Origin: Octopus bimaculoides | Taxonomy: Eukaryota | Length of the DNA stretch: 64,000 nucleotides | Assembly: GCF_001194135.2 (NCBI RefSeq) | Contig: NC_069001.1 | Location: 7,407,901-7,471,900 of the forward strand | Direction: 5' to 3' | In this document: positions 51,664 through 64,000 of the stretch, piece after piece | Numbering within the stretch: position 1 is the first letter of the stretch | How the letters are laid out: each line of letters begins with the position of its first letter | Notes under the pieces: generated by a model | What the model was told of the DNA's origin: nothing | Database searches by the model: none | What the model saw: the letters and a program-made list of their open reading frames with translations, nothing else | Program-made: the position numbers and the translations under genes

Positions 51664-52164
51664 CCATGTCATAACTTTGAGACGCCCACACAACATATCT
51701 TCATCATAATGGTACACAACACATCGCCAGCAATTGAACTCACAACCTTACAATCCTGAGCTGAAGACTGTAAGCCAAAACACATGCCTTCATGTAAAAG
51801 ACTAGGATGAAAACTAAGTTTCATCTGTTTAAATCCAGAAGCTGAAGGTAATGGAAAGAATTGTTGTAATTCAAAAGAACGAGGATAAGTTTTAGTGAAA
51901 CTGGCTTTAGAATAGTGAGAGAGACACTTACGTTTCCCTTTCACAGACATTGGAAGCTGACCGTTTCCTGTCTAATTTGGTAACACTTTTCGTTCTTTTC
52001 AGATTGGTGCGTAATCCTTTCTTTGTGAAAAAATGCTGCAAAAGAAAAAAAAAAAAAAACAGATTTAAATAGAATAAAAGATAAGTAAAATATAATAATA
52101 ACAATATACAACCAAATAAACACACACATATTCATGCACATACATACATCTATACGTCTTTTAT

Positions 52165-52482
52165 TTTTTACTTTTACTGGATTGCAGCCAGAATGGGGCA
52201 ATGTCTTGAAGAATTTTAGTCAAATGAACTGACCCCAGTTTTTCTTATTTTTTTAAAAGCCAAACTATTATGTTATGGGGACATAAACATACCAACACCG
52301 GTTGTGGTGGGTGACAAACACAGACATACATATATGGCAAGCTTCTTTCAGTTTACATCAACCAAATCCAGTCACAATGCTTTGGTTGGCACAAGGCTAT
52401 AGTAGAAAACACTTCCCCAAGGTGCCATGCAGTGGGGATTGAACCTGGGATCATGTGGTTGAGTATCAAATGTCTTACTACA
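52165..52482 (-). mobile_element. Family-A SINE with internal deletions (another head+core copy at 51156-51325, +)
   Basis: Modules are recognisable by homology. Confidence 0.8.
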
Positions 52483-53381
52483 CATACACACACACATACA
52501 AGTATAAAAGTAAAATCAAGTTTGTATATTGTTTAAAGGGAAGAAGGATCCTCATTATCTCAGACAAAGTCTTTTGGGAAACAGAAAATGATTTGTACCA
52601 TGTCTTTTCCTAAATTTCTCTGTTTCCCAAAGAATGACATTTTCTGAATTGTCCAAACCTTACAGTGATATGATAATTCTTTTATATCAGTAACTACAAT
52701 TTGTACCAAAACTGACCACCATCAGCCTACTTGAATTACACACATACATACACACACACATTTGACAGAACAGTAAAAAACAAGATCAATGACATTTCAA
52801 TATATTCATCCCTACAGCTGATTCAATAATCCTTACATCACATTTACGTAACAAATTATGTAAGAACTATATCTTCAGGGAAATATTTTGAGATATGAGC
52901 AGAATTCAGATTTTCTCATAGTTTTTTTTTTTAATGACAAAAAAAAAAGATTGAGGGGGAAAAGAATAAGCAAATAGATGAATAAATTAAGATTTAGAAT
53001 TTAAAGTAAATATAAGAAACCAGAACTTATCTTTTCTGCCAATTATCATATTACATTTATTACAACAAAGTTGCCCAGCAGGCTATAAAAAAGTAGTAGT
53101 AAACAGAGAGAGAGAGAGAGAGAAAGAGGGATAGGATGTCTATCAAACAATATATGTGTATATATANNNNNNNNNNNNNNNNNNNNNNNNNNNNNNNNNN
53201 NNNNNNNNNNNNNNNNNNNNNNNNNNNNNNNNNNNNNNNNNNNNNNNNNNNNNNNNNNNNNNNNNNNNNNNNNNNNNNNNNNNNNNNNNNNNNNNNNNNN
53301 NNNNNNNNNNNNNNNNNNNNNNNNNNNNNNNNNNNNNNNNNNNNNNNNNNNNNNNNNNNNNNNNNNNNNNNNNNNNNNNNN

Positions 53382-53424
<43 letters not shown>

Positions 53425-54137
53425 TCACATACGCATATATAATACACATTACAATGCACACAATATATAACATCCACACACATACACATATAACACTGAC
53501 ATATGCACACACACACACACACGCACCCACAAATACACATATATATAACATTCATATACACAAACACATCTATATAAAACATTCATATATACACACACAT
53601 ATAACATTCATACACGCAAGCACACACACACACACAAATACATTTCCCTGCTAAAAAAACCCAAATCAATCCAAAATATCTTTGTTAAGTAAGTATCAAA
53701 CAGCAAATTATAGAATCCAAAGAAATGGGTGATGAACTATGTCTGTTGTACACAATAATTAGCAATAATTATTCCAGTGTAAATATCAGAAAAAAATGTA
53801 TAACTATTGCGTGAATTTGGATGAAAGATGGTGATAAATGCAACAATTGTTGATGTATATTGTAAATGAGGTTTTTTTTTCACTTGTTGCTGATATTTTG
53901 TTGTTGTCATGTGACTGTCACCTACCCAAGTAGGTTGAATTCAAGTAAGTGTTCACACACTTCAACAAGCATACACGATAATAATAATAATAATAATTTA
54001 ACTGATTGGAAGTGTTATCATGTACATTGTTTTATCTTGGCAGAAAAGATGGGCTACAGCAAATATTCTGTTCAATACAACAGATTTACTTGTCACTTGT
54101 TTGACCTTAATCAGTTGAGCACAACCACTTGTGCCAC

Positions 54138-54169
<32 letters not shown>

Positions 54170-54634
54170 TGGTGTTGTGTGTAAGGAGATATATGTGCGT
54201 TCATGTGTGCATGTGTGTGTGTGTGCATGTATGTTGTGTGTGATCTAGTTAAATCAATTCACATGTACATATAAACTTATATATGAGTACATACATCCAC
54301 ATGCACTTATATATTAATAATGTACACGACAGGTATACATAATNNNNNNNNNNNNNNNNNNNNNNNNNNNNNNNNNNNNNNNNNNNNNNNNNNNNNNNNN
54401 NNNNNNNNNNNNNNNNNNNNNNNNNNNNNNNNNNNNNNNNNNNNNNNNNNNNNNNNNNNNNNNNNNNNNNNNNNNNNNNNNNNNNNNNNNNNNNNNNNNN
54501 NNNNNNNNNNNNNNNNNNNNNNNNNNNNNNNNNNNNNNNNNNNNNNNNNNNNNNNNNNNNNNNNNNNNNNNNNNNNNNNNNNNNNNNNNNNNNNNNNNNN
54601 NNNNNNNNNNNNACACACACACACACACACACAC

Positions 54635-54856
54635 ACAAGGAGGTACTGAAAAAAATTCTGGCATTAAGGGTATCGTGAAAGGCTTGGCTGGAGGTCAAAC
54701 CTTCTGAGTTCTTTTACAAGGCTTAGAAAAACTGAAGGACCACTGCAATAACAGTGTGAATCTGAGAGGGGAATATGTTGAATAAAATCATAATTAATTG
54801 ATCCTCCTGTATTTTCTTTTACCCAAAGTCAGGAACTCTTGCAGCATCCCTTCGTA
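54635..54856 (+). mobile_element. MITE-like internally deleted mariner retaining the transposase C-terminus
   Basis: Imperfect TIRs (..GAGGTACTGAAAAAAATTCTGGC / GTCAGGAACTCTTGCAGCATCCCTTCG+TA). 54720-54785 reads GLEKLKDHCNNSVNLRGEYVE*. Confidence 0.8.
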
Positions 54857-55509
54857 TTTTGTTTTACCAGGGAACAAATTATCTTTTTTCTATAAGAAAT
54901 CAAATTTAATTACACGTAAATACCAGAGGATAGATGAGGTAAAACTACGTGATTTTATTCATTTTCTTTAATGGTTTTTTAAAAAAGTATTTAGAACATT
55001 CTAGAGGGAAGCTTAAGTTAAGAATATTACATTTTTTTTATTGTTTTTGAAGCTAACTTGCTCAGCTAGCCTTTCCTCTTCAGTCGTTTTGGCATTCATT
55101 TGTATTCAATAATGAACACCAATAAATTATATACCAGTTTGGTATTGGAAGCACATCACTGTAAAGGCAATCACATAAAAATCACCTACCTGCCTTCCTA
55201 CCTATCTATTATAGTCTATCTAGCTAACAGTCCATTGATCTATTAAACAACTTATCTATCAATCTCTCTACCTATCTTGCAGTCAATCTACCTATCTATC
55301 AGTCTGTCTACCTATCTATCAGTCTATCTACCTATCTATCTATTTATCTATCTATTTGTCCCATCTTCGTTGAGCCCTGTGTGGCTAATAAAAGAAATGT
55401 ATCTATCTATCTATCTATCTATCTATCTGTCTATCTATCAGTCTATCTATCTAACAAGCAATCTGTCAGTTTATCGATTTATCTACCTATCAAACAATCT
55501 ATCAGTCTG

Positions 55510-55540
<31 letters not shown>

Positions 55541-56011
55541 CTATCTATCTACTTACCTGTACCCCTATCAACCTTTCTATCTACCGATATTTCTATCTTC
55601 TTATATATGAATGTAATCTATCTATCTGTCTATTTATCAATCAGTCTACCCATCTATCCATCAAGCTATCAATTACTCTATCCATTTATCTATCCATCTA
55701 TCCTCTTATCCTTCATATCTCTATACACATAATGCACTTTAAAATAATCTCTAATACATATCAAATACAACAAATCAGATCAAGCTATAATTATACAAAA
55801 GAGAAAAAAGTCAAATTAGATAAATGATTGAAAATAAGAAAATAACATTAAAAAACAAAAAAAAAACAGAACAAAAAATAAACTAACAAAATAAATCACA
55901 TGAATATTTTAGTAATGACTCTTTAGAATTGGTGATTCCAATCCTTAGGTTTATTGCTGTGAATTTCCAATTAAAACTGCCTAAGATCTATAAAGTTGGT
56001 CATTAACTATT

Positions 56012-56678
56012 TTAACCCTTCAGCCTTCACATTATTCTCTCAAAAGTAATGCTTATTTATTCACATCATTTTGAATTAATCTTGCATTATCTTGCAGCTT
56101 TGAGATTCTGATGATTTAACTGTTAATTTTTAGAATGATATTGTAGGTTTGGTGTGAGAGGCCAGATCTGAACATGCATGAGCATAAAAGTAGACAGAAT
56201 ATTTTGGCTAGACATGACTGGTTTAACCCTTTAGCAGATGACTCTGTCAAATGTAATGCTTATTAATTCACTTAGTTTTGAATTAATCATGCGTTATCTC
56301 ACGGCTTTGAGATTTTGAGGAGAGAACTTAATTTTCAGAAAGATATCGTAGGGTTGAAGTGAGAGAGAAGGCGGCGAGCTGGCAGAAACGTTAGCACGCC
56401 GGGCGAAATGCTTAGCGGTATTTCGTCTGCTGTTACGTTCTGAGTTCAAATTCCGCCGAGGTCGACTTTGCCGTTCATCCTTTCGGGGTTGATAAATAAA
56501 GTACCAGTTATGCACTGGGGTCGATGTAATCGACTTAACCCCTTTGTTTGTCCCCTCTATGTTTAGCCCCTTGTGGGCAATAAAGAAATTGAAGTGAGAG
56601 ACAAGACCTGGTCAGTTTGGATATATAAATCAGAGAGAATATTTAGGCTGATATGGCTGTTTTAAGTGCTAAAGGGTT
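56012..56678 (+). mobile_element. Two TTAA/CCC..GGG piggyBac-like MITE copies (56012-56226; 56223-56678), the second containing a SINE
   Basis: Both start TTAACCCTT and are homologous (AATGCTTAT..TTTTGAATTAATC..GCTTTGAGATT). The second ends GCTAAAGGG. Confidence 0.75.
56367..56588 (+). mobile_element. Young full-length family-D SINE with 13-bp TSD
   Basis: TTGAAGTGAGAGA at 56354-56366 and 56589-56601. CpG-rich head, GAGTTCAAATTCC B box, central CATCCTTTCGGGGTTGATAAATAAAGTACCAG (recalled as MetaSINE-like, unverified). Confidence 0.92.
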
Positions 56679-56700
56679 TGTATGGAACTAATAGGGGAAA

Positions 56701-56800
56701 TACAGTAACCCCTCAACTATCACAGGTGATATGTACCAACCCCCGGTGATAGGTGAAAATCTGCAAAGTAGAAACAGTACTTTACTACATATTTTTTTTA
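56701..56800 (+). mobile_element. Tigger/pogo-like DNA transposon left end
   Basis: TA+CAGTAACCCCTCAACTATCACAG..CCCCCGGTGATAGGTGAAAATCTGCAAAGTAG. No right end is visible. Confidence 0.55.
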
Positions 56801-56827
56801 ATTATTTTTATAATTTGTATATATTTA

Positions 56828-57348
56828 TACAGGCACTGGGTTCAGTCCCACTGTGTGGCACCTTGGGCACGTGTCTTCTACTGTAGCCTTGGGCCAACCA
56901 AAGCCTCATGAGTGGATTTGGTAGATGGTAACTGAAAGAAACCTATTGTGTGTGTATATACATATATATATGTTTGTGTGTCTGTGTATGTCCCCCCCAC
57001 CATCGCTTGACAACCGACATTGGTGTGTTTACGTCCCCGAAATTTAGTGGTTCGGCAAAAGTGACCAATAGAATAAGTATTAGGCTTACAAGAAAAAAAA
57101 TAGTCTAGGGTTGATTAATTCGACTAAAGGCAGTGCTCCAGCATGGCCATAGTCAAATGACTGAAACAAGCAAAAGAATAAAAGAATATCTCATTATAAA
57201 TGCAAAACACCACCACACACTCGCCTCCCGATAGAATAAGTACTAGGCTTACAAAGAATAAGTCCTGGGGTCGATTTGCTCAACTAAAGGCAGTGCTCCA
57301 TCATGGCCACAGTCAAATGACTGAAACAAGTAAAAGAATAAAAGAATC
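56828..57348 (+). mobile_element. Family-A SINE (56828-57185) with a second tail module (57225-57348)
   Basis: The 3' module GATAGAATAAGTACTAGGCTTACAAAG..AAAAGAATAAAAGAAT occurs twice. Confidence 0.85.
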
Positions 57349-57711
57349 TATTAGCCACAGAAACCTGCAATGTATGTTGAAAAAACACCCATGTTTCCAA
57401 AGGTGATTTATTCAAACCCTAAAGAATTCCTCTCAACACATGGCTATGATGCTCTCCAACTACTTCTGCTCATGATCAGAGATGTACATATTGTCAGCCA
57501 CTAAGGGACATGCTCAACTGGTTAAGGTCAAACAACTGACAAGCAAATCTGTGCTATTGAATATTTGCTGTAGCCCATCTTTTTATACCAAGACAAAACA
57601 ATGTACATGATAGCACTTCCAATCAGTTAAGATCAGAAGCCATGAGAGCCACTGCCTGGTACTGCATCATTAATATCATTACTATTATTATTATAATTAA
57701 TATTATTGCTG

Positions 57712-57749
<38 letters not shown>

Positions 57750-58309
57750 TTATTTTGATTCTATTTTGGTAAGCAATATATTTGGGAAATATATATATTT
57801 TAACAATATATGAAATATAANNNNNNNNNNNNNNNNNNNNNNNNNNNNNNNNNNNNNNNNNNNNNNNNATATATATATATATATATATATATATAAACAC
57901 ACACACAAATCTATATATGCACGTGCGTACACACACACACACACACAAAGTAGAAGATTTATTCGATATTCGATGAATTTTATTTCATTTCATGATATGG
58001 TGATGAAATGAGTTATTAAATCACAAAGAGACGAGAAAAAAAAAATCAATGAAAAACAAAAGTTAAACGTGAGGAAAAAAAAAACCATTTAATTTTTTTT
58101 TGTATATTCATTTATTTATTTTATTATTTATTTTTTTTTTTTTTTCAATATAGTCAAAGATGGAAGCAAAAGGTGGGATTCTGAAATGATCCGTTGCTAT
58201 GGATATTATGTATTGATGGCTAATCATAAGACACGTAAGACATTGCAATTCATTTGATCTGTTATGCCATGTGGAAAATTTAAAGATTACATGATTGGTA
58301 GGACAATGA

Positions 58310-58348
<39 letters not shown>

Positions 58349-58708
58349 AAGTAGTAGTAGTAGTAGTAGTAATGAGAACAATAATGATGATGATGATGAG
58401 AAAAAATGTTGGTGGGTGGAGGTATAGAACATTTGAAACAAACTTTTAGATTTAATATTTTTGATTCCTTATATTATGTTCTAGAATCAAAGCGAGATGA
58501 TAATCAATAATCTATATGTGTGTGTGTGTGTGTGTGTGTACATACACACACACACATGTGCATATATATATACATGTGTATGTGTATATATAAATGTATA
58601 CACACACACATACATATATGCATACGTGTGTCTATATATACACACATATGGATACATGTGTATGTGTGTATATTTAAACACACATATATATGTGTGCATG
58701 TGTATGTG

Positions 58709-58766
<58 letters not shown>

Positions 58767-58790
58767 CACTGTGTGTCTGTCTGTATGTGA

Positions 58791-58821
<31 letters not shown>

Positions 58822-60477
58822 NNNNNNNNNNNNNNNNNNNNNNNNNNNNNNNNNNNNNNNNNNNNNNNNNNNNNNNNNNNNNNNNNNNNNNNNNNNNNNN
58901 NNNNNNNNNNNNNNNNNNNNNNNNNNNNNNNNNNNNNNNNNNNNNNNNNNNNNNNNNNNNNNNNNNNNNNNNNNNNNNNNNNNNNNNNNNNNNNNNNNNN
59001 NNNNNNNNNNNNNNNNNNNNNNNNNNNNNNNNNNNNNNNNNNNNNNNNNNNNNNNNNNNNNNNNNNNNNNNNNNNNNNNNNNNNNNNNNNNNNNNNNNNN
59101 NNNNNNNNNNNNNNNNNNNNNNNNNNNNNNNNNNNNNNNNNNNNNNNNNNNNNNNNNNNATATATATATATATACATATCTATATATATATATCTATATA
59201 TCTATATATATATATATATGTATGTATATGTATGTGTGTGTGTGTGTGTGTGTGCGTGTACATTTATATATATTTTATCTTAGCTTTGTATCAACCAGAA
59301 GATCTTTACTCTATTTGGTGCCGGAAAAATCAAAGAAATTTACTGTTTCGTGTTGACAACAAACTACTGAGCGTGCAAAATACTAAGATATTCTTGATGT
59401 TGGTTGCACGCAAAAGCATCACCGCCATCACCACCATCATTTTTCTTTTATCACCATTTTTCTATGCCTGCTTGCGCCTATGTGGGATTGTTCTTTACAG
59501 TGCCTTGTCACCTAGTTATCAGTTCTCTATCATCTGGCCCACACAGCAACAGAAAAAGAAACAAGAAAGAAAAACAAAAAAAAAAACGACCATTTTTGTT
59601 GTTATTAGACCTATTCTGTTGTTTCGGTATGGTTCACATGACCATCACCAACCACTCCATGTGGATTGGGTTGTTATTTTATTGAACCCGCTAGCATCAT
59701 CATCCTTATCATCGTTTTAACACCCACGTTTCCATGCTTGCTTGGCGGTAGGAGGGGGGGGACCAGAATTTTGCTGGAGGCAGAACTTCTACAGCTGGAT
59801 GCTCCACCTGTCACCAACCCTCACTGCCAGCTCACCGTCTTAAAAGGCAAACTTCTTACCACAGACCCACCCTGCACCTATTTGATATACATAAGTGTGT
59901 GGACACATGTGTGTGGACACATGTGTGTGTGTGTGTGCCTACACAGCAGCAAGGTACTTGTTCCTGTTTTTCTTTTATATTCTAACCGCTCTACACCTGA
60001 CACAAAGCCACCTCCCTAAATACTGCATCCACACTCTGTCAAGGGGTCCTATCTTGCAAGTTACTCAATGACCTCACTGGTGCTGGTGCCACAAAAGAAA
60101 AGAAACAAGCATTAGAAACCTTACTAAAGGAAACATTGGAGACCAACATAGCCCTCTGGTTAATCAGATCCTGTTAAACTGTCCAACCCATGACAGCATG
60201 GAATACAGACATCAAATGATGATGATGATGATGACGATGATGATGACTGTTATTAAATCACTTTATTCTTGTAATTTTAGCTTTTCAGGCAAACATGACA
60301 TCCTGCTTATAATAATGATACAAAACTAAAGTGGTTATCGTTTAATCTCCCCTAGATCAGTTGTGACTATACAGAAATCTGATCAAAGACATTCAAGTCT
60401 TGCCCATCCTGTATTTTATTCAGACATAGTGTAGCTAAGACTACGTCAGTCAATGTATTTCCCCGCCCTTTATTACA

Positions 60478-60868
60478 ATACTCTTTTTACTCTTTTACTT
60501 GTTTCAGTCATTTGACTGCAGCCATGCTAGAGCACCGCCTTTAGTCGAGAAAATCGACCCCAGGACTTATTCTTTGTAAGCCTAGTACTTATTCTATCGG
60601 TCTCTTTTGCCGAACTGCTAAGTTACGGGGACGTAAACACACCACCATCGGTTGTCAAGCGATGTTGGGGGGGGACAAACACAAACACACAAACATATAC
60701 ATACACATAATATATATACACTTATACATATATACGATGGGCTTCTTTGAGTTTCCGTCTACCAAATCCACTCACAAGGCTTTGGTCGGTCCGAGGCTAT
60801 AGTAGAAGACACTTGCCCAAGGTGTCACGCAGTGGGACTGAACCCGAAACCATGTGGTTGGTAAGCAA
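60478..60868 (-). mobile_element. Near full-length family-A SINE (another head at 62551-62656, +)
   Basis: All modules are present except the extreme 5' end. Confidence 0.9.
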
Positions 60869-61119
60869 GGATTTTGATTTTTGGTTACTATGTCTAGCAA
60901 ATCAAGCAACCGGAGGTGTCTTAAATAGTTCATAGTAGTAGTAGTAGTTGTTGTTGTTGTTCAGTCCCAGATCTGCTGTGATCCAGCTGACCAATGAACA
61001 AAGACATTCCAACAATAACCAACTCGTTTCATTTGAAGACATCGTCTATTTAGAATTATATTGGACAGGCTTACAAAATCAAGGAGAAAAAAAAAACAAC
61101 AACATTGCACCCATGACTC

Positions 61120-61310
61120 TCAGAAACACCTTTTGACGCTCACAATCGCTGAAGCATGGAATAAAGTACCGCCATCAGTTCTTAAGCTGTTGGGACACTA
61201 CATCCTTCAGACCTTCCATGCTCCCCAAAAAACAGTAGGCCTGACACCCACACCTTTCTTTTTAAAACAACTCATTCACTGTTCACTTCCTGTGCATTAT
61301 TCTATATGCT
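61120..61310 (+). mobile_element. CR1/L2-like LINE 3' end
   Basis: HLLTLTIAEAWNKVPPSV resembles the conserved F..R....WN.LP..V C-terminal motif. Confidence 0.55.
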
Positions 61311-61389
61311 GTTCATGCACTCTTAGCTACTTTATTCAATGGGTTGTGGTGCACCTGAACACTGTACACAATAAGTTCGTTATTCTTTT

Positions 61390-61660
61390 ATTACTTCCGC
61401 CTTAGCAGAGGTGGATGTATTGTTTTCAGTCATATTCGTTTGTCCATGACAAGATATCTCAAGAATTGCTGGATGGATTCGGATGAAACTTTCAAGGATG
61501 TTTGGTCTCATGCCTGGCACAAACTGTTTAGATTTTGGGATTAATTTGGTACCGGACCAGGATATTTACTCCTCCTGTTTTTTTAATTTAATTTTTGAGA
61601 GCGGTCAGGTTCATTTTTTGTATTCTCATTATATGTTTTGCCTGTTTCAAGTGAGATGTT
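61390..61660 (+). mobile_element. Helentron/DINE-1-like non-autonomous element
   Basis: TTACTTCCGCC..GTATTGTTTTC..GATATCTCAAGAA..TGGATGGATTCGGATGAAACTTT..TTAGATTTTGGG layout recalled from this class. Not verified. Confidence 0.45.
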
Positions 61661-61689
61661 CAGTAAATGGGTGTATCCATGTAAAATGA

Positions 61690-62130
61690 CAGATATCCTC
61701 CACCATCAGTCAAGTTTTGTGAAGATTCTCAAGAGATGGGAGAGGTAATCCACCATCAAAGAAGTTTTATAAAGATCTGTATAAGATAAAAGACCTATAC
61801 TCCATGGTTAAATTTTGTAAAGATCCATGTAAGATAGGAGAAATGTGCTCCACTGTCAAATGGATTTTGTAAAAATCCATGGGAAATAGGAGAAATGTAC
61901 TCCACTGTCAAATGGATTTTGTAAAGGTCTATGAGAGATAGGAGAAAAGTACTCCACCGTCAAATGGATTTTGTAGAGGTCCATAGGAGATAGGAGAAAT
62001 GTATTCCACCGTCAAAAATATTTTGTAATGGTCCATAGGAGATAGGAGAAATGTACTCTACTGTCAAATGGATTTTGTAAAAATCTATGTGATAGAGGAG
62101 ATGTACTCTACTGTCAGACAAATTTTGTAA
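61690..62130. repeat. 52-bp minisatellite, about 8 units with a divergence gradient
   Basis: The GATAGGAGAA-type anchor recurs at 61833, 61885, 61937, 61989, 62041 and 62091, with more diverged units to the left. Confidence 0.92.
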
Positions 62131-62656
62131 TAGTTCAACAGCTGGGCTTGTAGTATTTACTTGTTCCAAACAGGAAACCCATCTTTTGGTGATCGACTTT
62201 AGTGCGCTATTAACTCATACCATCAGCCATCACCCAGCCCCTTCTTCCCCTACACCCACACCACCACCATTCCTGCAATGCTCTGTCCTGTCTGTCACAT
62301 GACTGACACACTTTCATTGTCATTCAATTTCAGGAAATGGACAAATGGTAACACTGAAAAAAAAAAAATAATAACACAGGACCTGCCTACATTTTCATAC
62401 ACCTCACCCCCACTTTATTTATTTTTTTTTTCTTTCCTTTCGAAATTGGTGAACTTCCAAACTAACAACATCCAGATAATAACAGAAGACCTCGAAATTA
62501 TTGAAAGACAAAAAAAAAAAAAAAAATAATGAAATTGCAATCAACATATAAGCACAGGCATGACTGTGTGGTAAGAAGCTTGCTTTCCTACCACACAGTT
62601 CCAGGTTCAGTCCCACTGAGTGGCACCTTGGGCAAGTGTCTTCTTCTATAGCCTCA

Positions 62657-63452
62657 AGACTTTTGAAAACAAGACATTTGTACTATAGAACCAGAGATGG
62701 TTTCAGGCGGATTGGCATCAAAAGGGTTAATGTGGCACCATCACCAGTGCTTTCTACATGGTGCCAGCATAAATGCTTTTAACCCTTTTGTTACCATATT
62801 TCTGTTGAGATGCTCTATGTTTCTTTCAATTCATTTTAAATATAACAAAGAATTTAGTAAAATAACTTGGTTATCATTCAGCTGGTGTTAGGAACATAAA
62901 TTGTGACTAAGGTTTGGTGGAAGATTTCAATGCAGAACTTTTGAAAACAAGACATTTGTACTACAGAGTCAGAGGTGGTTTCAGCCAGGTTGGTATCAAA
63001 AGGGTTAATAATAATAATGACAATAAGATATAATAATTATTATTATTATGATGATGATAATAATAATAATAATAATAATAATTGCCCTGATGCAGTACCA
63101 GGCAATTACTCCCATGGCTTCTGATCTGAACTGATTGGAAGTGTTATTATGTATATTGCTTTGTTGGTATCTTTATAAATATAATACATAGCTAAAGTTG
63201 CTTGATAGCCATATAGTATTAATCAACCCTTTCGTTACTGTATTTATTTTGAGATGCTCTGTGTTTCTTTCAATTCATTTTAAATGTAACAAAGAATTTA
63301 GTAAAATAACTTAGTTATCATTAAGCTAGTGTTAGGAAGATAATTTGTGACTAAGGTTTGGTGGAAGATTTCAATGCAGAACTTTTGAAAACAAGACATT
63401 TGTACTACAGAGCGAGAAGCGGTTTCAGGTGGATTGTTATGAAAAGGGTTAA
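62657..63452 (+). mobile_element. Cluster of three 230-bp piggyBac-like MITEs (62657-62730 partial; 62779-63008; 63223-63452)
   Basis: TIRs TTAACCCTTTTGTTACCA / TGGTATCAAAAGGGTTAA, TTAA ends, homologous interiors. Confidence 0.85.
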
Positions 63453-63662
63453 ACAACTTAAAAACTCTGCCTCACCACTCTTGAAGATGGAGCAAAATGT
63501 CAGGAAGCTTAGAATCAATAATGGAAGGAGTTGTTTTGAAGAATTCAACAAGGATTAAATTGCAAAGTAATGCAATAAGTTTTGTTTTGGTTTTAAAGTT
63601 TAGCTTCTTCATTAACAGACCTTGCCTGTATGTGTGTGTGTGTGTGTGTGTGTGTGCGCGTG

Positions 63663-63739
<77 letters not shown>

Positions 63740-63957
63740 GTGTGTGTCTGTATACCGCTACACATAACTACACATATCTACACATGCACAGATATGTATG
63801 TGCATATAGACACACACACACCAGTGCACATTTAGATATGTATATGCATGTATATATGTGTATGTATATGTGTGTGTGTGTGTGTGTGTGTATACACATA
63901 CCTACACACCCATACATATGTAAACATGTACATATGTGTGTCTGTATGTATATATTT

Positions 63958-64000
<43 letters not shown>

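Noticed and set aside
59284-59420. Open frame LYQPEDLYSIWCRKNQ.. after an AG
   Set aside because: There is no credible donor and no recognisable homology.
44621-62130. CRISPR-like arrays (19-, 24- and 52-bp units)
   Set aside because: Units are contiguous with no unique spacers, there are no cas genes, and the context is eukaryotic.

Overview
AT-rich, microsatellite-dense, gap-riddled eukaryotic DNA. The repeat families, simple-repeat load and 10-N scaffold gaps suggest a coleoid cephalopod, most likely Octopus (inference). No long host ORF is present, and nearly all ORFs in the six-frame track are translations of microsatellites or N-runs. The window is mostly a mosaic of three tRNA-headed SINE families, RTE/Dong-R4/CR1/Tx1-like LINE remnants, four mariner remnants, a Tigger-like end, TTAA piggyBac-like MITEs, fold-back elements and minisatellites, plus one degenerate tRNA-Ala(TGC). 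The most interesting signal is five minimal type-I hammerhead ribozyme motifs in three short repeat families, two of which also carry a tRNA-like Pol III head. This suggests hammerhead-bearing non-autonomous (Penelope-type) SINE-like retroelements. A strong candidate 15-nt microexon with an eMIC/SRRM-type UGC signature lies at 16237-16251, and there are weak candidate exons of a minus-strand gene.
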